Assembly (NCBI RefSeq): GCF_035546795.1
Contig: NZ_DASZWC010000065.1
Location: forward strand, 15,978-79,977
DNA length: 64,000 nucleotides
From: Amycolatopsis sp.
GTDB taxonomy: Bacteria > Actinomycetota > Actinomycetes > Mycobacteriales > Pseudonocardiaceae
Direction of reading: 5' to 3'
Positions 38,783 to 47,874 of the stretch are shown one piece after another. A program made the translations under genes and the position numbers. Within the stretch, counting starts at the first letter, position 1; every line of letters starts with the position of its first letter. A model generated the notes under the pieces. The model saw only the letters and a list, made by a program, of their open reading frames with translations, was not told the origin of the DNA and did no database searches.

Positions 38783-39017
38783 GCCCCGGGGAGACCCTCG
38801 GCGGGCGGGGAGGTAGGGAGAGGTGCGCGCCGAGGGGCTCCTGAGCCCGGAGCTACACAGGAGGGGCGATCGCCCGGGCTCGGCCGGCGCGCCTCCGGGG
38901 AGAGACGGCGCCGGTTGGTTGTGCGGGGCCCATCCTGGCTGCTGTGCGCCCAGCGAACAATACTCCGAACGGGCTAAAAGCAAACGTGAGTTTCGTTCAT
39001 CGAAACAGTAGCGCCGA

Positions 39018-39044
39018 CCAATCCGAACCTGAAGCCGCCGCGAA
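39018..39044 (+). promoter_or_regulatory. SigK-type ECF promoter CCAATCC-N15-GCGAA upstream of sigK
   Basis: Same motif and spacing as the two promoters at 43579-43634. Confidence 0.65.
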
Positions 39045-39077
39045 GAACAAACAGGCGAAGTAGGGAAGGATCGGTGC

Positions 39078-39665
39078 ATGGACGAGTCGGTGCGGGCGAT
39101 GCGGCCGCCAGGTCCGGCGGGCCCCTCCCCGGAAGACCTGCTTTCGCAGGTGGCGCGGGGTAGTGAGACCGCATTCGAGCAACTCTACGACGTCGTCGCC
39201 GCGCCGGTGTTCGGCGTGGTGCGGCGCGTGGTGCGGGACGTGCCCCAGTCCGAGGAGGTCACCCAGGAAGTCCTGGTCGAGCTGTGGCGCACCGCGACGC
39301 GGTTCAATCCGGCCAAGGGCAGCGCGGTGAACTGGGCATTGACGCTGGCTCATCGCCGGGCCGTGGACCGGGTGCGCTCCGCGCAGGCGAGGACCGACCG
39401 CGAGCAGCGCGCCGGGGCGGTTTCGCAGGGGCCCGATTTCGATCAGGTCGCCGAGGCGGTCGCCTCCAGGCTCGAACGCGAGCAGGTGCGCCGCTGCCTG
39501 TCGAACCTGACCGAGCTGCAACGCGAATCCGTGGTGCTGGCCTACTACGGCGGGCACACCTACCCCGAAGTCGCCGAACTGCTCGACAGTCCACTCGGGA
39601 CAATCAAGACGAGACTGCGCGACGGCCTCATCCGGTTGCGTGACTGCCTGGGGGTGATCCGATGA
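39078..39665 (+). CDS. sigK: ECF RNA polymerase sigma factor SigK-like
   Basis: SEEVTQEVLVELWRTA, LAHRRAVDRVRS, LGTIKTRLRDGLIRLRDCLG; followed by an rskA-like gene. Confidence 0.88.
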   Translation: MDESVRAMRPPGPAGPSPEDLLSQVARGSETAFEQLYDVVAAPVFGVVRRVVRDVPQSEEVTQEVLVELWRTATRFNPAKGSAVNWALTLAHRRAVDRVRSAQARTDREQRAGAVSQGPDFDQVAEAVASRLEREQVRRCLSNLTELQRESVVLAYYGGHTYPEVAELLDSPLGTIKTRLRDGLIRLRDCLGVIR

Positions 39666-40420
39666 CCGCCCCGGACGTGCACATGCTCACCGGCGCGTAT
39701 GCCATCGACGCGCTCGACGAGTTCGAGCGGCGCCAGTTCGAACGGCACCTCGCCGAATGCCCCGAGTGCAGTCAGGAAGTGGCCGAACTGCGGGCTACGG
39801 CGGTGCGGCTCGGGCGTGCCGTCGCCGAGGAACCACCGCCCGCGATGAAGCACGAAGTACTCGGCAGGATCTCCGGCGTCCGGCAGGCCGCACCGCTCAC
39901 TTCGCCGGTTACGCGACAGGGGAAGCGAAGGCGCGAGCGTAATCCGTGGGTCGTCCGGCTGGTGTCGGTCGCCGCGGCCGTCGCGGTCGCCATCGCGGTC
40001 GGGGCCGGCGTGGTGGCGATCCGCACCCAGGGCGAGCTGAGCCAGACCCGGGGCGAGCTGGCTCAGGCGCAGGGCCGCGAGAACTCGGTCGCGGAACTCC
40101 TTGCGGCGCCTGACCTCCGGGCGATCGCGGGCGCAGGCGCGAAGGTCGGCGAGGGCAGCGTGCTGGTCTCGCGGCGGCTCGACCGCGGGATGCTGCTGGT
40201 GTCGGGAATGCCGGACCAGCCGCCGAGTTCGACCTACCAGGCGTGGGCGATCGTCAACGGCACCCCGCGCTCGATCGGCCTGCTCGGCCCCGGCGGCACC
40301 TCCACCGCCCTGCTCGTGTTCGACGGTTTGCAGGGCGTCGATGAGATCGCGATGACGGTGGAACCGGCGGGCGGCTCGGCGCAGCCGACGAGGTCGCCCG
40401 CGGTGTGGTTCCCGATGTGA
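39662..40420 (+). CDS. rskA: Anti-sigma factor RskA-like
   Basis: GAYAIDAL..FERHLAECPEC zinc-binding anti-sigma motif, TM helix, YQAW and AMTVEPAGGS.QPT. Confidence 0.88.
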   Translation: MTAPDVHMLTGAYAIDALDEFERRQFERHLAECPECSQEVAELRATAVRLGRAVAEEPPPAMKHEVLGRISGVRQAAPLTSPVTRQGKRRRERNPWVVRLVSVAAAVAVAIAVGAGVVAIRTQGELSQTRGELAQAQGRENSVAELLAAPDLRAIAGAGAKVGEGSVLVSRRLDRGMLLVSGMPDQPPSSTYQAWAIVNGTPRSIGLLGPGGTSTALLVFDGLQGVDEIAMTVEPAGGSAQPTRSPAVWFPM

Positions 40421-40422
40421 GG

Positions 40423-40452
40423 CCAAGGCCCGCCGGTTGGCCGGCGGGCCTT
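40423..40452. terminator. Bidirectional hairpin between convergent genes
   Basis: AAGGCCCGCCGG-ttgg-CCGGCGGGCCTT. Confidence 0.75.
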
Positions 40453-41644
40453 ACGGCTTGGTCAGCCCGAACTGGTAGACGTCGATGTAGCTGCTCCGGA
40501 AGCCGGCCTCGGTGTAGGCCAGGTAGAACTCCCACATACGGCGGAACGTCTCGTCGAAACCCAGCTCGGTGATCCGGGGCCAGGCGGCCAGAAACCGTTG
40601 ACGCCACAGGCGAAGCGTGCGGGCGTAGTGCTGCCCGAACCCGCGCCGCTCGTCCAGGCGCAGCGTCGTGTAGCGCCGGACGGCCTGCTCGAAAGCCTGC
40701 ACGGACATCAGGTGCCCGCCGGGGAAGATGTACTTGTGTATCCACGTGTAGGAATTCCGCGTGGCCAGCATCCGGTCGTGCGGCATCGTGATGCCCTGCA
40801 CCCCGACCCGCCCGCCCGGCGCCAAGAGCTTGTCCAGCGCGCGGAAGTACGCGGGCCAGTACTCCTCGCCGACGGCCTCGATCATCTCGACGCTGACGAT
40901 GGCGTCGTAGCTCCCGGTCGCTTCGCGGTAGTCGCGCAGCTGCACGTCCACACGGTCCTCGACGCCCGCCTCCGCGAGCCGTTTGCGCGCCAGCGTCTGC
41001 TGTTCCGCGGAGATCGTCAGGCTCGTCACCTGCGCGCCCCGCTTCGCCGCGCGCAGCGCGAGTTCGCCCCAGCCGGTCCCGATCTCCAGCAGCCGCGTCC
41101 CGTCGCGCACGCCCGCGAGATCCAGGATGGCGTCGATCTTCCGGCGCTGCGCGGCCGCGAGATCGTCCGAACCGGGCTCGAACAACGCCGAGGAGTAGGT
41201 CATCGTCTCGTCGAGGAACTCCGCGAACAGCTCGTTCGACAGGTCGTAGTGCCGGTGGATGTTCTCCCGCGCGCCCTCGACGGTGTTGCGCTCGGAGCTC
41301 GGCTTGCTCGCGTCCACGAAGCGCCGCAACGACTGCAGCGGTTTCGGCACCAGGCTCGCCAGCCGCTCCGCGAACGGGGTCAGCAAGTCGGCCAGATCCA
41401 TTCCGGACCAGTCGCCCGCCATATAGGACTCGCCGAAGCCGATCTTCGCGTCCACGCCGAGGCGGTGGAAGAACGCCCGGGGCCGGTCGATCCGCAGCAC
41501 GGGACCGCCGCGGCCCAGCCGCTCGTCGCCCAGTTCGACCGTGACCTCGAGGTCCCGGACCGCGAACCGGAACAGCCGCTCGGCCGCCCAGGCCCGCGCG
41601 GTCGAGTTCGGCACGATCGCGAGTTCGGACCACGTCTCAGTCAT
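40451..41644 (-). CDS. Cyclopropane-fatty-acyl-phospholipid synthase family SAM methyltransferase (UfaA1-like)
   Basis: HYDLSNELF..FLDETMTYS, LLEIGTGWG, SVEMIEAVG, YIFPGG. Confidence 0.9.
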   Translation of the reverse strand: MTETWSELAIVPNSTARAWAAERLFRFAVRDLEVTVELGDERLGRGGPVLRIDRPRAFFHRLGVDAKIGFGESYMAGDWSGMDLADLLTPFAERLASLVPKPLQSLRRFVDASKPSSERNTVEGARENIHRHYDLSNELFAEFLDETMTYSSALFEPGSDDLAAAQRRKIDAILDLAGVRDGTRLLEIGTGWGELALRAAKRGAQVTSLTISAEQQTLARKRLAEAGVEDRVDVQLRDYREATGSYDAIVSVEMIEAVGEEYWPAYFRALDKLLAPGGRVGVQGITMPHDRMLATRNSYTWIHKYIFPGGHLMSVQAFEQAVRRYTTLRLDERRGFGQHYARTLRLWRQRFLAAWPRITELGFDETFRRMWEFYLAYTEAGFRSSYIDVYQFGLTKP

Positions 41645-42305
41645 CGGCGGCCGCCGGTTTCCGTGGAACAACCGGGACCCGGCGCAACCACAAACCTATG
41701 CCGTGCCATCGGATCGAAGCCGAGACTCGCTGGGGCAGGAAAGGCCGGGTGACCACCATCTTCACCAGGGTGGCTGAAGACGCGGGCCGCCGGCGGCCAC
41801 GCAGTGTGGCGGCAAGACTGGTGTGACCGTCCTGGCGCAGCGAAACCACGAGGTTCAGCCACTCGTCCGGACGGGGCAAGTACAGCCGGTACTGGCCGTG
41901 CATGGGCAGGAACGGCGAGACGTAGAACTCCTTGTCCGCTGTGGCGCTGCCGTGATCATCCGGCTGCAGCAGGTAACGGTGCATGCCGCCGTAGGTGTTG
42001 CGCACCTCGGCGACCACAACGTCCTCGTCGCCCTCGCACCAGTAAACAGTAAGCGGATTGAACACGTACCCGAGCACGCGGGCCTGCGCGAGCATCACGA
42101 TCCGGCGCGGGCGGGCGAAGCCCTGCTCCCACAACCACTCGACCAGGTCGCCGCCGCCATCGAACCGCGCGAACGGGCGCAGCCACCGCGGCAGCTCGGG
42201 CAGTTCGTCCAGATCCACCAGCCACAGGTACATCCGGTGCGAGAACCGGCTCTGCGGCGCGCGCCGGGTGTGCGTGACCACGGCGTCGTAGATCGCGTTC
42301 ACCAT
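41637..42305 (-). CDS. DUF1365 family protein
   Basis: LWLVDLDEL, RVLGYVFNPLTVYWC, VAEVRNTYG, KEFYVSPF. Confidence 0.88.
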   Translation of the reverse strand: MVNAIYDAVVTHTRRAPQSRFSHRMYLWLVDLDELPELPRWLRPFARFDGGGDLVEWLWEQGFARPRRIVMLAQARVLGYVFNPLTVYWCEGDEDVVVAEVRNTYGGMHRYLLQPDDHGSATADKEFYVSPFLPMHGQYRLYLPRPDEWLNLVVSLRQDGHTSLAATLRGRRRPASSATLVKMVVTRPFLPQRVSASIRWHGIGLWLRRVPVVPRKPAAADD

Positions 42306-43570
42306 CGGACACCGAGCGCGGCGGCCGCCCGCACGCCCGACGCGCAACCGTCCTCGTGGAAACCCCAGCCATGGTACGCCCCGGCGTATGCGGTGCGGTG
42401 GTCGTTCAGCTCGGGCAGCCGACGTTGTGCGGCAAGGGCTTCCGGGGTGTAGACCGGATGCTCGTAGACCATCTCCGCGATCGGCTCCGTGCCCGCGGGC
42501 TTGTTCAGCGAGACCAGGTAGCCGACCGGCTCGTCCAGCCGCATCAGGCGGTTCATGTCGTAGGTCACCAGCACCGGGCCCTCGCTGGTGCGGCACGCGG
42601 GCTTGAGGTAGTTCCACGACGCGCGGGCACCGCTTGCCTTCGGTAGCACGGATTCGTCGGTGTGCAGCACGGTCTTGTTGCGGGAGTACTGGAACGCGCC
42701 GAGTACTTCACGTTCGGCCGGGGTGGGATCGCCGAGCAGCCGCAGCGCCTGATCGGCGTGCGTGGCGATCACGACCTCGTCGAACTCGTGCCCCTCACCG
42801 GCTTCGTCGTGCACGGTCGTGCCGTCGGCATGGCGTACCATCGCGCGGACCGGGGTGGCGGTGTGCACGGCCACCAGGTTCTTCGCCACTCTGTCCACAT
42901 AGGACCGTGAGCCGCCGACGACGGTGCGCCAGGACGGCGAACCGCTGACCGACAACATTCCGTGGTGGCGCAGGAAAGTGAACAGGTAGCGGGCCGGGTA
43001 CTGCTTGCTCAGCTGGCCGCCCGCCGACCACACGGCCGAAACGAGCGGGATCAGGAAGTGGTCGACGAAGTAGGTGGAGTAGCCGCCGATGGCGAGGAAC
43101 GCGCCGAGCGTGGTGTCGCCGGCGTCGGGGTGGTCGAGCACGCGGTGTGCGTGCCGGTGGAAGTGCTTGATCTCGGCCAGCATACGGAGATACCGCGGCT
43201 TGAACAGGTTCGAGCGCTGGGCGAAGACGCCGTCGAGCCGCCGGGCGCCCGCGTACTCCAGGCCGCAGCCCTGGCAGCGCACGCTCATCGACATCTCGGT
43301 CTCCTGCGTGGACACGCCGAGTTCGCGGAACAGTCGCAGCAGGTTCGGGTAGGTGCGTTCGTTGTGCACGATGAAACCGCTGTCCACCGGGATCTCGTGG
43401 TTGTCGGGTGTGGTCACGTCGTGGGTGTGGGCGTGTCCGCCGAGCCGGCCGTCGGCCTCGAAGAGCGTCACCTGTCGGTCGTTGCGCAGCACATAGGCCG
43501 CGGTGAGTCCGGAGACGCCCGAGCCGATCACGGCGACTCGGCGCTGGGTGGGGTTCGAGTCAGCTTGCAC
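42299..43570 (-). CDS. FAD-dependent oxidoreductase (Rv0449c-like, amine oxidase fold)
   Basis: VAVIGSGVSGL, RLGGHAHT, VDSGFIVHNERTYPN, GAYHGWGFHEDG. Confidence 0.88.
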   Translation of the reverse strand: MQADSNPTQRRVAVIGSGVSGLTAAYVLRNDRQVTLFEADGRLGGHAHTHDVTTPDNHEIPVDSGFIVHNERTYPNLLRLFRELGVSTQETEMSMSVRCQGCGLEYAGARRLDGVFAQRSNLFKPRYLRMLAEIKHFHRHAHRVLDHPDAGDTTLGAFLAIGGYSTYFVDHFLIPLVSAVWSAGGQLSKQYPARYLFTFLRHHGMLSVSGSPSWRTVVGGSRSYVDRVAKNLVAVHTATPVRAMVRHADGTTVHDEAGEGHEFDEVVIATHADQALRLLGDPTPAEREVLGAFQYSRNKTVLHTDESVLPKASGARASWNYLKPACRTSEGPVLVTYDMNRLMRLDEPVGYLVSLNKPAGTEPIAEMVYEHPVYTPEALAAQRRLPELNDHRTAYAGAYHGWGFHEDGCASGVRAAAALGVRW

Positions 43571-43578
43571 ATCCGGCA

Positions 43579-43634
43579 TTCGGAGCCGGCGGACGGGCGG
43601 ATTGGACCCAATCCGGCGACGGGGTGGCTCCGAA
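43579..43634. promoter_or_regulatory. Back-to-back divergent SigK-type promoters, CCAATCC-N15-CCGAA on both strands
   Basis: + strand: CCAATCC 43608-43614 and CCGAA 43630-43634. - strand: GGATTGG 43599-43605 and TTCGG 43579-43583. Confidence 0.7.
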
Positions 43635-43660
43635 CCAGGGGGCACGACCGGAGAGGAGCG

Positions 43661-44824
43661 ATGACAGTGACCGCAAGTGAGGTGCTCAGCTCGCTGTTCG
43701 GCGGCAAACTGCCCGTCGGCCTGCGTGCTTGGGACGGCAGTACCGCAGGTCAGGACGATTGTCCTAAAGTCGTGGTGACCCGCCGGGCGCTGCGCCGGCT
43801 GCTGTGGAATCTGAGCGAGCTGGGCCTGGCGCGCGCCTACGTTTCCGGCGATCTCGACGTGGAGGGTGACCTCACCGAAGGGCTGCGGCTGTGCTGGCAG
43901 TTCTTCCGGTCCGGGCAGCTCGACCGGCCCAGCCTGCGGGAGGTCGCGCGCGCCGCCGTCCGGCTCCGTGTGATCGGCCCCCGGCCGCGTCCGCCGGCTG
44001 AAGAGGCGCGGCCTGCGGGGCGGCTGCACACCCGCGCCCGCGACAAGTCCGTCATCGCGCACCACTACGACCTCGGGAACGACTTCTACCAGCTGATTCT
44101 CGACCCGAGCATGGCCTACTCGTGCGCGTACTTCGCGAACCCCGGGCAGCCGCTCGCCGACGCGCAGCGGGACAAACTCGATCTGGTGTGCCGCAAACTC
44201 GGGCTGCGACCGGGGATGCGCTTGCTCGACGTCGGCTGTGGCTGGGGTGCGCTGCTCGCGCACGCCACGAAGCACTACGGCGTCGACGCGACCGGCGTGA
44301 CGCTGTCGGCGCAACAGGCGGAGCACGTGCGGGGCCTCGGGCTGAACGTGCGCCTGCAGGACTACCGGGATCTGAGCGGCGAGCCGTTCGACGCGATCGC
44401 TTCGCTGGAAATGGGGGAGCACGTCGGCGCCGGGAACTACCCGCGCTACGCCGCGACCCTGCACCGGATGCTGAGGCCGGGCGGGAAACTGTTGCTGCAA
44501 CAGATGTCCCGGGGCACGGTCGCGCCGGGCGGCGGTGCGTTCATCGAGTCCTACATCGCGCCGGACATGACGATGGTGCCGGTCTGGGAAACACTCGCCA
44601 GGCTGGAGGCGGCCGGGTTCGAGATCCGTGGTGTGGAAGCGTTGCGGGAGCACTACGTGTGGACCGTGCGGGCGTGGGCGGAGCAGTTGGAGAAGCGCCG
44701 CGACGAGGTGGTCGCGCTGGCCGGCGAAGGACAACTGCGTGTCTGGCGGCTGTATCTCGCCGGGGGCGCGCTGGCTTTCGAGGAGAACCGGATGGGCGTC
44801 AACCAGATCCTGGCGCAGGCATGA
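43661..44824 (+). CDS. Second cyclopropane-fatty-acyl-phospholipid synthase family methyltransferase
   Basis: HHYDLGNDFY..DPSMAYSCAY, LLDVGCGWG, EMGEHVG, RVWRLYL. Confidence 0.9.
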   Translation: MTVTASEVLSSLFGGKLPVGLRAWDGSTAGQDDCPKVVVTRRALRRLLWNLSELGLARAYVSGDLDVEGDLTEGLRLCWQFFRSGQLDRPSLREVARAAVRLRVIGPRPRPPAEEARPAGRLHTRARDKSVIAHHYDLGNDFYQLILDPSMAYSCAYFANPGQPLADAQRDKLDLVCRKLGLRPGMRLLDVGCGWGALLAHATKHYGVDATGVTLSAQQAEHVRGLGLNVRLQDYRDLSGEPFDAIASLEMGEHVGAGNYPRYAATLHRMLRPGGKLLLQQMSRGTVAPGGGAFIESYIAPDMTMVPVWETLARLEAAGFEIRGVEALREHYVWTVRAWAEQLEKRRDEVVALAGEGQLRVWRLYLAGGALAFEENRMGVNQILAQA

Positions 44825-45525
44825 TCTTCGCGATCACCGCCGTCGTCACCCTCGTGCTGATCGGCGGCACGTACATCTTCGCGCGGTCGCAGGGCCGGTT
44901 CGACGTCATCGACACCGTGTGGGGCCTCGGGTTCGTGGTGATCGCGCTCGTGTCCGCCCGCTCCGTGCTGCCGACCCTGCTGACGTGTGTCTGGGGCCTG
45001 CGGCTGGCAGTGCACATCGAGGTGCGCCGTCGCGGCAGCGGCGAGGACAGGCGCTACGCCGACATCAACCCGGTGCGCGCGTACGCCACGCAAGCGATTG
45101 CGCTGTGGGTGATTTCGCTGCCGGTCCAGGTGGCGGGGTTCGGCTCGCCGCCGCTGTGGCTGGTGTGCGCCGGGGTCGTCGTGTGGTTGGTGGGCTTCGT
45201 GTTCGAGGCGGTCGGGGATTACCAGCTGCAGCGATTCCGCGGCGATCCGGCGAACCAGGGGAAGGTGCTGGACACGGGGCTCTGGCGATACACGAGGCAC
45301 CCGAACTACTTCGGCGACGCCTGCGTGTGGTGGGGCTTGTACCTGCTGGCCTGCCACAGCTGGCTCGCCGCCGCGACGATCGTTTCGCCGATCGTGGTGA
45401 CGGTGCTGCTGGCGAAGGGAACGGGGAAGCCGTTGTTGGAGAAGAACCTCGTCCGCAACCGCCCGGACTACGCCGCTTACGTATCCCGCACCAGCGGGTT
45501 CGTCCCGCTGCCGCCTAAACGCTGA
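44821..45525 (+). CDS. DUF1295 (steroid 5-alpha-reductase-like) membrane protein
   Basis: IDTVWGLG, WGLRL, EDRRY, GLWRYTRHPNYFG, YVSRTSGF.P. Confidence 0.88.
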   Translation: MIFAITAVVTLVLIGGTYIFARSQGRFDVIDTVWGLGFVVIALVSARSVLPTLLTCVWGLRLAVHIEVRRRGSGEDRRYADINPVRAYATQAIALWVISLPVQVAGFGSPPLWLVCAGVVVWLVGFVFEAVGDYQLQRFRGDPANQGKVLDTGLWRYTRHPNYFGDACVWWGLYLLACHSWLAAATIVSPIVVTVLLAKGTGKPLLEKNLVRNRPDYAAYVSRTSGFVPLPPKR

Positions 45526-46083
45526 AGCGCTCTGCTTCGGCGAGGAGCGCTCGTCGCATGTTCGCCTGGAGGCGCAAGCGAAACTCGATGTCCCCGCGCT
45601 CGCGGATCGGCAGCGAGTTGATGTATGCGCTGAATTTGGCGTCCCCGTACGCAATTTCGGCCGCCAGCTCGATCCGGGTCTCCGCGGACATCACGGCGAG
45701 CTTCATGTTGAGCAAGATTTCCTCGGCCGCAAGGTACTTCTCGTCTCGAAGAAGGGCCAAGTCCTCACGCACCCGGCGACGTTTGCAGCGGGCCTGGGTC
45801 ATGTAGTCATATTCGGGGTTGACTGGCATTGTCGTTCCTCCGCTCCCGCGGGCTTCGTGCGAGCCTTCATCAAGGGGCCAAATCCATTCCATAAAACACC
45901 CGAGTCGCCTAATGGAACAGGATCGGGTTGCCGGGGATGGGGTAATTGACGACTGTCGAGGCGCATTGCCCCTGGTCGCGGGCCTGCGCGGCGCACCGCG
46001 CCGTATCGATATGTGACGTAGTTCACTCTAAAGGCGACTTCGATACACGGCGTGGCCGCCCGCTGCCGCCTAAACGCTGAAGC
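45504..46083. repeat. Exact 25-bp direct repeats CCCGCTGCCGCCTAAACGCTGAAGC flanking a 555-bp insertion
   Basis: Copies at 45504-45528 (3' end of the DUF1295 gene including its stop) and 46059-46083. Confidence 0.85.
45515..45829 (-). CDS. Hypothetical 104-aa helical protein inside the insertion
   Basis: GGAGG SD before the ATG (MPVNPEYDYMTQARCKRR...); more AT-rich than neighbouring genes. Confidence 0.6.
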   Translation of the reverse strand: MPVNPEYDYMTQARCKRRRVREDLALLRDEKYLAAEEILLNMKLAVMSAETRIELAAEIAYGDAKFSAYINSLPIRERGDIEFRLRLQANMRRALLAEAERFSV

Positions 46084-46225
46084 CGAGGACCTTGCGCAGA
46101 GTGACCCCAGCGTCGCCACCAGGTCACCGTCTGGTCGCCCGGCCGCCGAAAACTGGCCGTCCACCGACCGATGACTTTCCCGTTCCGCTGCGGTCTGTAC
46201 AGGTAGCGCGAGGAAGGGAATCTTT

Positions 46226-47218
46226 ATGACTATGACGATGACCGAAAGACCGGCAGGCGAGGATTTCCTCCGTCAAGCCGATCCCTTCAGACGCGAACTG
46301 CTCGCGCACTGTTACCGCATGCTCGGTTCGGTGCATGACGCCGAGGACCTGGTGCAGGAGACCTATATCCGGGCGTGGAAGTCCTACGAACGCTTCGAGG
46401 GTCGTTCCTCGCTGCGCACCTGGCTGTACCGGATCGCCACCCGGGTCTGCCTCACCGCACTGGAAAGCCGCGGCAAGCGCCCGCTCCCGACGGGGCTGGG
46501 CAACCCGGGTTCCCAGGCCGGCGACGAGCTGGTCGAACAGCCCGAGGTGCCCTGGCTGGAGCCGGTGCCGGACGCGATGGTCGGCGCGGACCCTGCCGAC
46601 CCCGCCACGATCGTCACTTCCCGCGAGACCATCCGGCTCGCCCTGATCGCCGCACTGCAACACCTGCCGCCGCGCCAGCGTGCCGTGCTGATCCTGCGGG
46701 ACGTCCTGCAGTGGCGGGCCGCCGAGGTCGCCGTGGTGCTGAACACGACCACCACCGCGGTCAACAGCATCCTCCAGCGTGCCCGCGCCCAGCTGGAACA
46801 GGTCACCCCGCACGAGGACGAGGTGGTCGAGCCGACCGCCGCCGACCAGCGCGAGCTGCTCGAGAAGTTCGTGGCCGCGTTCGAGGCCAAGGACATCAAC
46901 GCGATGGTCGACCTGTTCACCAAGGACGCCATCTGGGAGATGCCGCCGTTCGTCGGCTGGTACCAGGGCAACGAGAACATCGCCCGGCTCATTGACGTGC
47001 AGTGCCCGGCGCAGGGCCCCGGCGACATGCACCTCATCCCGATCGACGCGAACGGCCAGCCCGGCTTTGGCCTCTACATGCTCGACGGCGACGTCTACCG
47101 CCCGTTCAACATGCCGGTGCTGACCCTGTCCGCCGACGGGGTCACGCACGTGTCCTGCTTCTTCGACACCAGGTTGTTCGCCAAATTCGGACTGCCGGAG
47201 AGCGTGCCCGCGAAATGA
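46226..47218 (+). CDS. ECF sigma factor with SnoaL-like C-terminal extension (SigG-like)
   Basis: RRELLAHCYRMLGSVHDAEDLVQET, WLEPVPD, ALQHLPPRQRAVL, WEMPP..WYQG, ANGQP. Confidence 0.88.
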   Translation: MTMTMTERPAGEDFLRQADPFRRELLAHCYRMLGSVHDAEDLVQETYIRAWKSYERFEGRSSLRTWLYRIATRVCLTALESRGKRPLPTGLGNPGSQAGDELVEQPEVPWLEPVPDAMVGADPADPATIVTSRETIRLALIAALQHLPPRQRAVLILRDVLQWRAAEVAVVLNTTTTAVNSILQRARAQLEQVTPHEDEVVEPTAADQRELLEKFVAAFEAKDINAMVDLFTKDAIWEMPPFVGWYQGNENIARLIDVQCPAQGPGDMHLIPIDANGQPGFGLYMLDGDVYRPFNMPVLTLSADGVTHVSCFFDTRLFAKFGLPESVPAK

Positions 47219-47787
47219 TCGAAGACGGCGCGGCGGCGCTCCTCGGCGGGATCGGCCTGCTCGAACGCGCGGTCAACTACACCTTCGGCAGCCTGCATCT
47301 CGTCCGGCAAGAGCACCTCGCGCGCCCGACGCCCTGCCGGGACTGGAACCTGGAAACCCTGCTCGGGCACATGAACGATTCCCTGCTCGCCCTGCACGAA
47401 GCCGCCGATATCGGGCGCATCGAGCTGTTCGCGCCCGATGTCGCGGCCGAAGACCCGATCACCGCGCTCCGCGACCGCGCCCGGCTGCTGCTCGGCGCGT
47501 GGACGGACGGACCGGAGACCGTGTCGATCGGGGGGAACCAGCTCACCACCAGCATTCTCACCAGCGCCGGCGCGGTCGAGATCGCCGTGCACGGCTGGGA
47601 TGTCGCGCAGGCTTGCGGCCTGCCGCGGCCGTTGCCCGGCGAGCTGGCCGAGGAACTGCTGGAACTCGCGCCGCTCTTCCTCACCATGGCCGACCGGCCG
47701 GGCCGTTTCGGCCCGGCCGTGCCGGTCCCGCCGACAGCCTCTGCCGGTGTGCGGCTGCTGGCCTTCACCGGACGCCGCGCTGCCTAA
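47215..47787 (+). CDS. TIGR03086 family / mycothiol-dependent isomerase-like (DinB fold) protein
   Basis: PTPCRDWNLETLLGHM, EIAVHGWDVAQA, RLLAFTGR. Confidence 0.82.
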   Translation: MIEDGAAALLGGIGLLERAVNYTFGSLHLVRQEHLARPTPCRDWNLETLLGHMNDSLLALHEAADIGRIELFAPDVAAEDPITALRDRARLLLGAWTDGPETVSIGGNQLTTSILTSAGAVEIAVHGWDVAQACGLPRPLPGELAEELLELAPLFLTMADRPGRFGPAVPVPPTASAGVRLLAFTGRRAA

Positions 47788-47805
47788 GCACCAAATGTCA
47801 ACCAA

Positions 47806-47817
47806 ATTGTTGACAAT
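47806..47817. promoter_or_regulatory. GntR-type operator ATTGTTGACAAT overlapping a TTGACA -35
   Basis: Identical to the sites at 3550 and 12313; -10-like TAATCT at about 47834-47839. Confidence 0.6.
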
Positions 47818-47874
47818 ATTGGCGGGCGTCTCCTAATCTCGTGGCAGCGCTGTGAGGTAGGGAGATGTGCTGCT

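Noticed and set aside
34901-39079. 1392-aa ORF on the - strand
   Set aside because: Arg/Pro-rich off-frame or antisense read-through across the MFS, TetR and QuiC-like genes, with no motifs.
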